NCBI RefSeq assembly: GCF_003945235.1
Contig: NZ_RSDW01000001.1
Location: 1,230,001-1,262,000, forward strand
From: Edaphobacter aggregans
GTDB lineage: Bacteria > Acidobacteriota > Terriglobia > Terriglobales > Acidobacteriaceae
Direction of reading: 5' to 3'
DNA length: 32,000 bases
The notes under the pieces were generated by a model. It searched no databases. It was not told the DNA's origin and worked only from the letters and a program-made list of their open reading frames with translations. Numbering within the stretch: the first letter of the stretch is position 1; each line of letters opens with the position of its first letter. This document shows, piece by piece, positions 6,282 through 13,839 of this stretch. The translations under genes were made by a program, and so were the position numbers.

Positions 6282-7685
6282 CTAATTGCGACGACCCAGG
6301 GTTGGGCGATCGTCGGTGGTGCTGGAGCCGTTGCCGTTATTGGGGTTATTGGGATCGTTGTTGCCGCTCCCGCTGCTGGTTCGTCGCAGGGTGGGCTTGT
6401 TGCCGTTACCCTTGTCGTTGAGCTTGCGCTTGTTTTCGATGCGGGCGAGGCGGGCTTTGACATCGTCAAACTCGCTCGTGGTGACGATGTAGTCAGGCTT
6501 GGCAGGCATGATGGTCGCAATCTCGTCCTCAGAGTGTGCGATGCGATCCGGCGTCTGGGGGTGGTCGGCGAAGACCTTGGAAAGGGTGCCGGGTTTGTGC
6601 TTCTCTAGTGCGTCGATCTTCTCGAAGAACTGGATGAAGGCCTGTGGGTCGTAGCCAGCCTTGTACATGTATTGGAGGCCAAGCCAGTCGGCCTCAGCCT
6701 CATCGATGCGGGAGAACTTGAGGAAAGTGATTGGGATGGCGAGCTGGGTCGCCTCATAGATGCCGTAGCCGGTCCAGGTGCCCTGGGTAAAGATGATCAG
6801 GGGGATGGAGCCGATCTGGACGTAGTTCATCTTCGTCATCTGGCGGGCTGCGTGGTGGGCACAGACGTGGGCCGTCTCGTGGGCCATGACGCCGGCGAGT
6901 TCGGCCTCTTCATCAGCGGCTAGGATAAGGCCGGAGTTGACGTAGAAGAAGCCGCCGGGGAGCGCCATGGCGTTGATCTCATCGGAATCGAGAACTTTGA
7001 TGGTAAAGGGAACCTTGCAGTCGGAGTTCTTGACGATGTTCTGGCCGATGCGGTTGACGTACTCGACAATGACGGGGTCGGTGACGAGATGGGCAGACTT
7101 CTCGATTTCCATGGAGTAAGACTTGCCGTTGCGGATCTCCCAGTCGGTGGAATACCAGTTTCCAATGCCGCGTCCGCCGATGTTGCGGGTGCCGACGGCG
7201 TTGACGTCATCTTCGCTGCCGGGCTTGATATGGGGATCGAGATGCTCACCGGGGGATGGGAGGGAATCGGCCTTCTTGCTGGCAGTGTCTGTAGCCTTGC
7301 TGTCAGTGGTCTTACTGTCGGCCTTAACAGTGTCGGGCGCCTTGGAGTCCGCGTCCACTGTGGTTGGTTTGGTGGTGTCAGGTGTCTTGGTGTCGGTAGT
7401 GGTCGACGTGGTGGTGTCGGGTGCCTTGGTGTCCGTTGCCGTGGGCTTGGTTGTGTTGGACGTCTTGCTGTCCGCTGGTGCGGTGGACTTGGAGGCCTTG
7501 GAGTTCCGAGGTGGTGGTGGAGTATCGGTTGGCTGTACGGAAGGCTCAGTGGTCTGCTGGTTGTCCGGTGACGCTGCCTGCGGATTCGTCGGTTGGGTGC
7601 TGCTTGGCTGGGTGGCCTGGGCATAGGAGAGAATGGTCGAGAGAGCGATGGAAGCGGCTAGACTGAAGCGCGCGACGTTACGCAT
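6282..7685 (-). CDS. Secreted M48-family zinc metalloprotease (BepA/LoiP-like catalytic domain) with long Thr/Asp/Lys/Pro-rich N-terminal linker
   Basis: A GAGGAG Shine-Dalgarno lies upstream of ATG 7685. The signal peptide is MRNVARFSLAASIALSTILSYAQA. The HExxH motif HETAH sits at 6867-6881. The M48-type C-terminal segment reads EAEADWLGLQYMYKAGYDPQAFIQFFEKI. A low-complexity linker spans about 7250-7613 and carries reiterated (S/T)K(A/T)PDT(T/V) motifs. Confidence 0.85.
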   Translation of the reverse strand: MRNVARFSLAASIALSTILSYAQATQPSSTQPTNPQAASPDNQQTTEPSVQPTDTPPPPRNSKASKSTAPADSKTSNTTKPTATDTKAPDTTTSTTTDTKTPDTTKPTTVDADSKAPDTVKADSKTTDSKATDTASKKADSLPSPGEHLDPHIKPGSEDDVNAVGTRNIGGRGIGNWYSTDWEIRNGKSYSMEIEKSAHLVTDPVIVEYVNRIGQNIVKNSDCKVPFTIKVLDSDEINAMALPGGFFYVNSGLILAADEEAELAGVMAHETAHVCAHHAARQMTKMNYVQIGSIPLIIFTQGTWTGYGIYEATQLAIPITFLKFSRIDEAEADWLGLQYMYKAGYDPQAFIQFFEKIDALEKHKPGTLSKVFADHPQTPDRIAHSEDEIATIMPAKPDYIVTTSEFDDVKARLARIENKRKLNDKGNGNKPTLRRTSSGSGNNDPNNPNNGNGSSTTDDRPTLGRRN

Positions 7686-7832
7686 AGGGTTTCTCCTCTG
7701 GGCCGCTTCCCTGTTTTTCGTGGCTGGATGCAGCTCGACACTTGCTTAGACGTAGTATGCGCCTTTTTGTTGCGTTAGGACAGGGCGTCGGGGGCTTTTG
7801 GAGGGATGTTTCGGGGTCACAGCTTCCTGGTT

Positions 7833-8252
7833 TTACCAGGTGTTGTAAGAGGTGCCTTCGGAAGAGGTTTCCTGGGCGCCGGAGTGAACGTCGCTGATAC
7901 CGGATTGGGTCTGGTCGATGGTCATCAGGGAGTCGTCCTGGACAGCGAGCCACGTGTCGCTACGGTGGGTAAAGGGATCGACAGGCATGGCTTTGAGGTA
8001 GCCAGCCTGGACGAGATCGTCAAGGGTTTGTGGAGCCTTTTCTTTGTCGACGGTGTAGGAGTCGATGGCGGTGCGCATGGTGTGGAGGTCTTCCTTGAGG
8101 ACGGCCTCGCGTGCGTGGCGCACGTTATTCATATAAGAAGGGATAGCGATCGCTGCCAGCGTGGCAATGATGATCATAACGATCATCAACTCGAGGAGAG
8201 TGAACCCTTGCTCGGCGTGGCGCGGGGAACGGGATGGAGGGGTGGCTACCAT
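7833..8252 (-). CDS. GspG-like pseudopilin (type II secretion / type IV pilin fold) with class III prepilin signal
   Basis: Leader and cleavage motif: MVATPPSRSPRHAEQG|FTLLELMIVMIIIATLAAIAIPSY, with Glu at +5. The GspG-type body reads REAVLKEDLHTMRTAIDSYTVDKEKAPQTLDDLVQAGYLKAMPVDPFT. The ATG at 8252-8250 overlaps the stop of the upstream gene (ATGGTAG). Confidence 0.85.
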   Translation of the reverse strand: MVATPPSRSPRHAEQGFTLLELMIVMIIIATLAAIAIPSYMNNVRHAREAVLKEDLHTMRTAIDSYTVDKEKAPQTLDDLVQAGYLKAMPVDPFTHRSDTWLAVQDDSLMTIDQTQSGISDVHSGAQETSSEGTSYNTW

Positions 8253-8800
8253 GTGGAGTATTTTGTCCCGTCTAGGGCGGTGCCGGTGCTCTTGGTGTGG
8301 ACGTCAAAGACGTTTTGACCGCCGAATGAGTCGGAGTCCGTATCATCCTGGTTGGAACGGAGGCCCCATTCCGCGGTGCCAGTCATGGGATCGATAGGGA
8401 TGCGGCGGAGGAACTTGACTGTCTTGCCCTGGATTTCAACGCCGTTGACGAGGGTTTCGAGGTCGGGGGGATAGTTGTAGCTATCGGCTTTGGTCTGCAT
8501 CCCGCCCTTATCAGCTGCGTCTTTGTAGGCGTCGATGGCGGCGCGCATCTCCCATAGGTCGCGGCGGAGCTCGCGCTCCTTGGTTCGTTTGACCTGGAAA
8601 CGGGCCAATGGAATGGCTGCAGTGGCAAGGATGGAAACGATGGCCACAGTGATGATGAGTTCGACGAGGGTAAGGCCGGATTGAGGATTGCTGGGTGTAA
8701 GGGAGGAACCCACCTTCGCGCAAAAGCTGCGCGAAGGTGGAGTAACCGGATTTTCGACCGGGACCAGAGATGAAGTCACCGGGTTGTTGCGAGCGATCAC
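8246..8800 (-). CDS. GspG-like pseudopilin with unusually long prepilin leader
   Basis: Cleavage motif ...SNPQSG|LTLVELIITVAIVSILATAAIPL, with Glu at +5. The GspG-type body reads RELRRDLWEMRAAIDAYKDAADKGG...YPPDLETLVNG...RIPIDPMTG. The start is ambiguous. GTG 8800 overlaps the secretin TGA as GTGA. In-frame GTGs at 8779 and 8713 are alternatives. The TPPSRS motif shared with the next gene's leader argues that the long leader is translated. Confidence 0.8.
   Translation of the reverse strand: MIARNNPVTSSLVPVENPVTPPSRSFCAKVGSSLTPSNPQSGLTLVELIITVAIVSILATAAIPLARFQVKRTKERELRRDLWEMRAAIDAYKDAADKGGMQTKADSYNYPPDLETLVNGVEIQGKTVKFLRRIPIDPMTGTAEWGLRSNQDDTDSDSFGGQNVFDVHTKSTGTALDGTKYSTW
8710..8740. repeat. 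Perfect 13-bp inverted repeat (stem-loop) within the leader-coding part of the first pseudopilin gene
   Basis: CCACCTTCGCGCA (8710-8722), loop aaagc, TGCGCGAAGGTGG (8728-8740). The two arms are exact reverse complements. The function is unknown. Confidence 0.7.
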
Positions 8801-11223
8801 TTCACATGCACCACGGCCTGCGAACCGACGGCCGGGAGATTGGCCTGGGCGCTGTTACGGGCGCCGACCTTGACGAGAGCGAGGTTGGAGTCACCGGCTG
8901 CTGTCGCCTTGAAGGTGAGGGTGGCGATACTTCCCTGCCCGTTGACGCCGGCTACATTCGGCGGGCGGGAGGTGGATATGGTAACGAGACCATTCCCCTC
9001 ATCACGATGGACGATGGAGACTGCTTGACCGTCACGACTGAGCAAGTCGCCAGCGTCGACATTGACCAGTTCGAGGACACTGGGATTGAACTGGACCTGG
9101 AGCGGCACAGAATAGACGTCGCGCGCTCCATTGAGCATGATGGCAACCTGGAAAGTACTGCCTACGGGTTGGTTAGTAGCCGGAGCGTTGACGGTAAAGC
9201 TTATGGGTAAGCCACCGGTGTTAGGCGTCTGGCCCGGTGGAGTATTCAATATTTGGCCCGGCGTCGTCGGCGGGGCTATGGGCTGAGACTGCTGCTGAAG
9301 CTGCTGGACCATCGCAGCAGCCGCATTAGCTGCCGAGGTCGGCTGACCTGCCTGGGTGGGCCTCCGTGGATTTACGGGAAGAGCCAGGTCGGCGGCGGCT
9401 TGATCGGCAGTGATATTTGCCCGGCGCAGTTCGATCGACTGTCCAGTGCCGGTATCAATAGCGCGAGTATTGATACGGGTCAGAACCGACTCGCGGACGA
9501 TGTGAGGAATGAGGAGGAAGACGATCTCATCCCGTTGGGTCTCTCTGGACTGGGTAGAGAAGAAGTACTTGAAAAATGGCAATTCGCCGAGGCCCGGTGT
9601 ACCGCTGACACCCCTATTGTCCTGACGGGTGATGATACCGGCGAGGATACTGGGCTCGCCCTCCTTGAGTTGGATGGTTTGCTCGCTGATGCGCTGGCTG
9701 ATGACGGGCTCAGTCACGCCGGAGATGGTGACGGAGCTGGTCTGCGATGAGACCTCGACCTTGAGCTTGAGGGAGACCTCGCGGTCGTAGTGGACGGTGG
9801 GGGTCATGTCGATGTTGACGCCGACGTCGAGATAGGTGAACTGAGTCTGTACTCCAATACTGGCGACGCCGGTGGAGACACCGGCGTTGTAGGAGCCAGT
9901 GGCCACGGGAATCTTGGAGCCGATCTTGAGCGTGGCACGCTGGCCGTCGGTGGCGCGGATGCTCGGGTTCTGCAGGAGGCGAGTGTCGGCATCGGACAAA
10001 AGGGCCGTAAGCGTGCCTGGGCCGACGGTGACGGCAAAGTTGGTGGCGTTCAGATTCGCCAGAGTATTGAGGGTGAAGTTGGACGGCGTAGTGGTAGTAG
10101 TGGTAGTGCTCGAAGAGGAGCTGGAGGAAGTGGTGGTGCTGGGGCTGGCCTGAGGCTGTATCGAGATGGACTGCGGGAGCGTGATCCCAAGGTTGCGCAT
10201 CCGGTCGCGGTTAACCTCGAGGATTGCGACGTCAACAACAACCTCGGGACGGGCGCGGTCCAGATCGTTGAGAAGCTTTTGTGCGAGAAGCAGCTGGTCG
10301 GGGGTGGCACGGACGACGATGGCGTTCTGGCTAGGAACTAGGTTGACCTTGGTGCTGGGATCGAGGACGTTGCGAAGGGCTTGGGTGACTTCGTTCTCGT
10401 CGGCCTGTTGGCTGGCGTTGGTGAGGTAAAAGGTCTGGACGGCCTGCTCATCGAGGTCAGTGCGCTTGGTGCGGGTATTCTGGGCGACGAAGATGGTGTT
10501 GGAGGTGACAGGCTTATAGAAGGTTCCAGCGAGAGCACCAACGATGTGTAGGGCATCGGACCAGCTGACATTTGTCAGGTCGACGGGAATGCGCTTGGAC
10601 GTGTAGTCGGGATCAAACAGGACGTTGAATCCAGCGGCCTTGCCAATTGCCTGATAAATGACCTTGACGTCCTCAACCATGTGGATTGCGGGGATAGGAT
10701 CGTTGGACAGAGGTTTCAGCTCAACGGGGCCGGCTATGGATCCGAGGTTTCTAAGAATTTCATCCTGGTTTGACATCTGCTCTTGGGGCGGAGACGCACC
10801 TGACGGCTGCGACTGTTGCTGCTTGAGCAGAGGCTGGACTTGGTCTATTTCCTGGCTGGCGGTCTGGTTGCTAGGGTCTATCTGGAGGGCGCGTGTGAAC
10901 TCGTTGAGCGCTCCGGTAAGGTCGCCGCTTTGGCGCAAGACGCGGCCGCGGTCGACGTGGGAGACAGCAGCTTGGAACTTCATGCGCTCGTAGCGCGCCT
11001 TGTAACGGAGATCCTTGGGGCTCTTGAGCAAGGCCTGATGGTAGGCTTCGTAGGCAGTGTCCCAGTCCTGATGCGCCTCGGCGGCCTCACCCTTCTTATT
11101 CCAAGAGCTTGCGGATTGGGCATGAGCCGAAGCAGAAGTAAAGCCTGCGAGGCAGGACAGAAGAAGGAGCACCTGAGCGGCGCGTATCGATAGCGTACTG
11201 ATTCGTCTTTTCCCGCGACCCAT
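8797..11223 (-). CDS. Secretin (GspD/PilQ family) with N-terminal TPR module and C-terminal cohesin-like domain
   Basis: The track ORF extends to 11424. I prefer ATG 11223 because it is followed directly by a signal peptide, MGRGKRRISTLSIRAAQVLLLLSCLAGFTSASAHA.
- TPR-like repeats at about 10864-11103.
- A secretin core at about 9490-9960 (ATDGQRATLKIGSKIPVATGSY...GTPGLGELPFFKYFF...EIVFLLIPHIV).
- A C-terminal cohesin-like beta-sandwich at about 8800-9215. Confidence 0.85.
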   Translation of the reverse strand: MGRGKRRISTLSIRAAQVLLLLSCLAGFTSASAHAQSASSWNKKGEAAEAHQDWDTAYEAYHQALLKSPKDLRYKARYERMKFQAAVSHVDRGRVLRQSGDLTGALNEFTRALQIDPSNQTASQEIDQVQPLLKQQQSQPSGASPPQEQMSNQDEILRNLGSIAGPVELKPLSNDPIPAIHMVEDVKVIYQAIGKAAGFNVLFDPDYTSKRIPVDLTNVSWSDALHIVGALAGTFYKPVTSNTIFVAQNTRTKRTDLDEQAVQTFYLTNASQQADENEVTQALRNVLDPSTKVNLVPSQNAIVVRATPDQLLLAQKLLNDLDRARPEVVVDVAILEVNRDRMRNLGITLPQSISIQPQASPSTTTSSSSSSSTTTTTTTPSNFTLNTLANLNATNFAVTVGPGTLTALLSDADTRLLQNPSIRATDGQRATLKIGSKIPVATGSYNAGVSTGVASIGVQTQFTYLDVGVNIDMTPTVHYDREVSLKLKVEVSSQTSSVTISGVTEPVISQRISEQTIQLKEGEPSILAGIITRQDNRGVSGTPGLGELPFFKYFFSTQSRETQRDEIVFLLIPHIVRESVLTRINTRAIDTGTGQSIELRRANITADQAAADLALPVNPRRPTQAGQPTSAANAAAAMVQQLQQQSQPIAPPTTPGQILNTPPGQTPNTGGLPISFTVNAPATNQPVGSTFQVAIMLNGARDVYSVPLQVQFNPSVLELVNVDAGDLLSRDGQAVSIVHRDEGNGLVTISTSRPPNVAGVNGQGSIATLTFKATAAGDSNLALVKVGARNSAQANLPAVGSQAVVHVK

Positions 11224-11587
11224 GCTGCTTCCGTTTTTGTCCTTTACAGCGTGAAAAGTACGGCGTCTGCCGGAGCACACGCCTGCCACGGTGGGACGGA
11301 CGCTGCCGGTGGGGGCGGTGCCTGTCAGGCTATTGCGCTCGGGTGAGTATAGCACTTGCAACTGCATTGACCTCGCTAAAGGGGAGTACGGCTTTTGAGT
11401 CATACGCTTCGCTGGACTCGGCACAGGGATCGCCTAGGACCTGCGAGAAGCCTGCGGCGCGGTAAGTTCGCGATGGAAGCCCCCCTGACGAGAATCGGTA
11501 TCGAATGACAAAGGTTAGACGCGGATGTCCGCTGGTGGATAGGTGTTAGCAGGCGGTGATTGCAGGCATGTTAAAGTAAGAGATTCG

Positions 11588-12127
11588 ATGCCTCGTTCCC
11601 TTTCTAATCCGACACTTGCCCATCAGCCCAAGCCTGTGGCGAAGGCTAAAGACCGAGATCCGGTGGCCGCAGGGCAGCGGGATGCTGCGTTCAATCGTGC
11701 GGCGAGCCATAACTACTTTCTAACGGACAGGTTCGAGGCCGGCGTGGCTCTGCGGGGCACAGAGGTAAAGTCGATCCGCGAGGGCAAGGCCAACCTCAAG
11801 GATGCCTACGGTCTGCTGAAGGATGGGGAGTGCTTTCTACTGAATGCACACATCGGGCCGTTCTCGCATGGGAACACGATGAATCATGACTCGCTGCGGA
11901 CGCGGAAGCTGCTGCTGCACAAGAGCGAGGTGCGGAAGCTCGAGGCTCTGACGCGGCAAAAGGGCTTTACGTTGATTCCGACGCGACTCTATTTTCGCAA
12001 CGGACGTGTAAAGTGTGAGTTGTCTCTGGCCAAAGGCAAGCAGGACTGGGACAAACGCGAGACGGAGCGGCGGCGTGAGGCCGACAAGGAAGCCAAGGCT
12101 GCAGTTGCGCGAAGTCAGCGACGGTAG
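11588..12127 (+). CDS. smpB: SsrA-binding protein SmpB
   Basis: Typical SmpB sequence: NRAASHNYFLTDRFEAGVALRGTEVKSIREGKANLKDAYG...LLLHKSEVRKL...GFTLIPTRLYFRNGRVKCELSLAKGKQDWDKRE. I chose ATG 11588 over the track's GTG 11543; either way the protein has an N-terminal extension. Confidence 0.92.
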   Translation: MPRSLSNPTLAHQPKPVAKAKDRDPVAAGQRDAAFNRAASHNYFLTDRFEAGVALRGTEVKSIREGKANLKDAYGLLKDGECFLLNAHIGPFSHGNTMNHDSLRTRKLLLHKSEVRKLEALTRQKGFTLIPTRLYFRNGRVKCELSLAKGKQDWDKRETERRREADKEAKAAVARSQRR

Positions 12128-12226
12128 AGCAGGGTAACGGCTTCCGCTGATTCTGATATTGGTTCTTTTGTGTCGGCCACGGAACTTTTACACGGGCCGC
12201 TGGGTGAGTCGCGCTACGATAAGAAG

Positions 12227-13774
12227 ATGGAAACGAAGCTTGTCTTTCAGGATGCGGCTGGGTTCGCAACGCCAATGCTCGCTGTATTTGCGGTAGATAT
12301 CGCCTTGGGTGTAGATGCGGAGCCTCTGCTGGCGTTATTGACGACCTCGGACGCAGTTACAGATGCGGCTGCGAAGGCATTGGCATCGGGCGAGTTTAAA
12401 GGGACTCTGGGGGAACAGCTGCTGCTACATGGGCCAAGCGGGCTGAAGGCCGAGCGCTTGTTGATCATAGGATTGGGCAAAGCGAAGACCCTAAGTGTTG
12501 ATGAGGTGCGTAAGGGGGCAGGCACAGCAATCAGATCAGCCAAACCTAGAGGCATGCGAGAGTTGGCAATTGCGTTTCCTGAAGAACATGCGCTTTCGGA
12601 CGAGCATCTCGAGGCGCTGCCCTGCGTAGGTTTGGCGCGGGCAATCGTTGAGGGCGCGGAGTTGGCGGAGATCGACTGGGATACGTACAAGAGCGATCGG
12701 AAGGACCGGTCTGTCCAAAGTCTTACGGTTGTGGCGAAAGAAACAGAGAAGTCAACGACGGCAGAGATTCATCAGGGTTTCGATGAAGGCGTGATTGTGT
12801 CGGATGCGCAGAACTTTACGCGCGCGCTGGTAAATGAGCCGGGTAATGTACTGACTCCGACGGAGTTGGGCAAACGGGCGGCTGCGATGTGCGCGGAGAT
12901 GGGGCTCGCGTGCCAGGTGCACTCGACCGCTAAATTGCAGGAATTGAAGATGGGTGCGTTTGCGGCTGTCGCGCAGGGTTCGGCTGAGCCTCCCGCGTTG
13001 ATCGTGATGACTTATGAACCGAAGGGAAAGGCTCTGCCGAAGGACGCTCCGGTGCTTGGACTAGTCGGTAAAGGAATTACGTTCGACACAGGGGGAATCT
13101 CGATCAAGCCGGCGGACGGCATGGAAAAGATGAAGTACGACATGGCAGGCGCGGCGGCGATGATTGGCGCTATGCGCGCGATCGCTCAACTGAAGCCGAT
13201 GGTGAAGGTGGTTGGTGTGGTCTGCTCGGCGGAGAATATGCCTGATGGTCGGGCGTACAAACCAGGCGATGTCGTGACCGCGATGTCGGGCAAGACGATT
13301 GAGATTATTAACACGGATGCTGAAGGTCGGCTGGTGCTAGCCGATGGGCTGCACTATGCGAAGACGTTGGGCTGTACCCATCTGATCAATGCAGCGACTC
13401 TGACCGGGGCTTGCGTGGTGGCGTTGGGAATTCTGAATGCTGGGCTGTTTTGCAATGATGAGCCGACCGTTGAAAAGTTTTGGGAGGCGATGAAGGTATC
13501 GGGGGAGAAGTTCTGGAGACTTCCCTGCACCGATGACTATAAAGACCAGATCAAGAGCCAGATTGCGGACATCATGAATACGGGTGGAACGCGATGGGGC
13601 GGGGCTATCTCGGCAGCTATGTTTTTGAAGGAGTTTGTCGGAGAGACTCCGTGGGTGCATCTGGATATTGCGGGCTGCGCTTGGAATGACGATGTGAAGC
13701 CGTGGATTGGTAAAGGGCCGAGCGGGATTGCAGTGCGGTCGATTATTGAGTGGGTGCGGGCGTACTCTGCATAG
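12227..13774 (+). CDS. pepA: Leucyl aminopeptidase, M17 family
   Basis: Contains the M17 signature NTDAEGRLVLAD, plus VGKGITFDTGGISIKP and MKYDMAGAAA. ATG 12227 (METKLVFQD...) is preferred over the upstream alternative start at 12170. Confidence 0.92.
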   Translation: METKLVFQDAAGFATPMLAVFAVDIALGVDAEPLLALLTTSDAVTDAAAKALASGEFKGTLGEQLLLHGPSGLKAERLLIIGLGKAKTLSVDEVRKGAGTAIRSAKPRGMRELAIAFPEEHALSDEHLEALPCVGLARAIVEGAELAEIDWDTYKSDRKDRSVQSLTVVAKETEKSTTAEIHQGFDEGVIVSDAQNFTRALVNEPGNVLTPTELGKRAAAMCAEMGLACQVHSTAKLQELKMGAFAAVAQGSAEPPALIVMTYEPKGKALPKDAPVLGLVGKGITFDTGGISIKPADGMEKMKYDMAGAAAMIGAMRAIAQLKPMVKVVGVVCSAENMPDGRAYKPGDVVTAMSGKTIEIINTDAEGRLVLADGLHYAKTLGCTHLINAATLTGACVVALGILNAGLFCNDEPTVEKFWEAMKVSGEKFWRLPCTDDYKDQIKSQIADIMNTGGTRWGGAISAAMFLKEFVGETPWVHLDIAGCAWNDDVKPWIGKGPSGIAVRSIIEWVRAYSA

Positions 13775-13839
13775 CTTGCGTACACTACTACGCTCCCGAT
13801 CGTCGCAAGGATTAGTTTTGCTGATTCAGGAGGCACAGA

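Noticed and set aside
6920-7624. 234-aa minus-strand ORF, and plus-strand ORFs at 7089-7626
   Set aside because: These are alternative frames of the Thr-rich linker region of the M48 gene. The Pro/Arg/Thr or Gly/Val-rich output is a by-product of the repetitive ACC/GAC/AAG codons.
11224-11424. N-terminal 67-aa extension of the secretin ORF
   Set aside because: The extension has no signal peptide or domain character. Met68 (ATG 11223) is followed immediately by a canonical signal peptide, so the upstream part is more likely 5' UTR or promoter.
11224-11587. tmRNA (ssrA) or another RNA gene next to smpB
   Set aside because: I looked for a tRNA-like acceptor and T-arm (GGTTCGAATCC-type) and for a tag-reading-frame pattern and found none. 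The region is better explained as a divergent promoter region.
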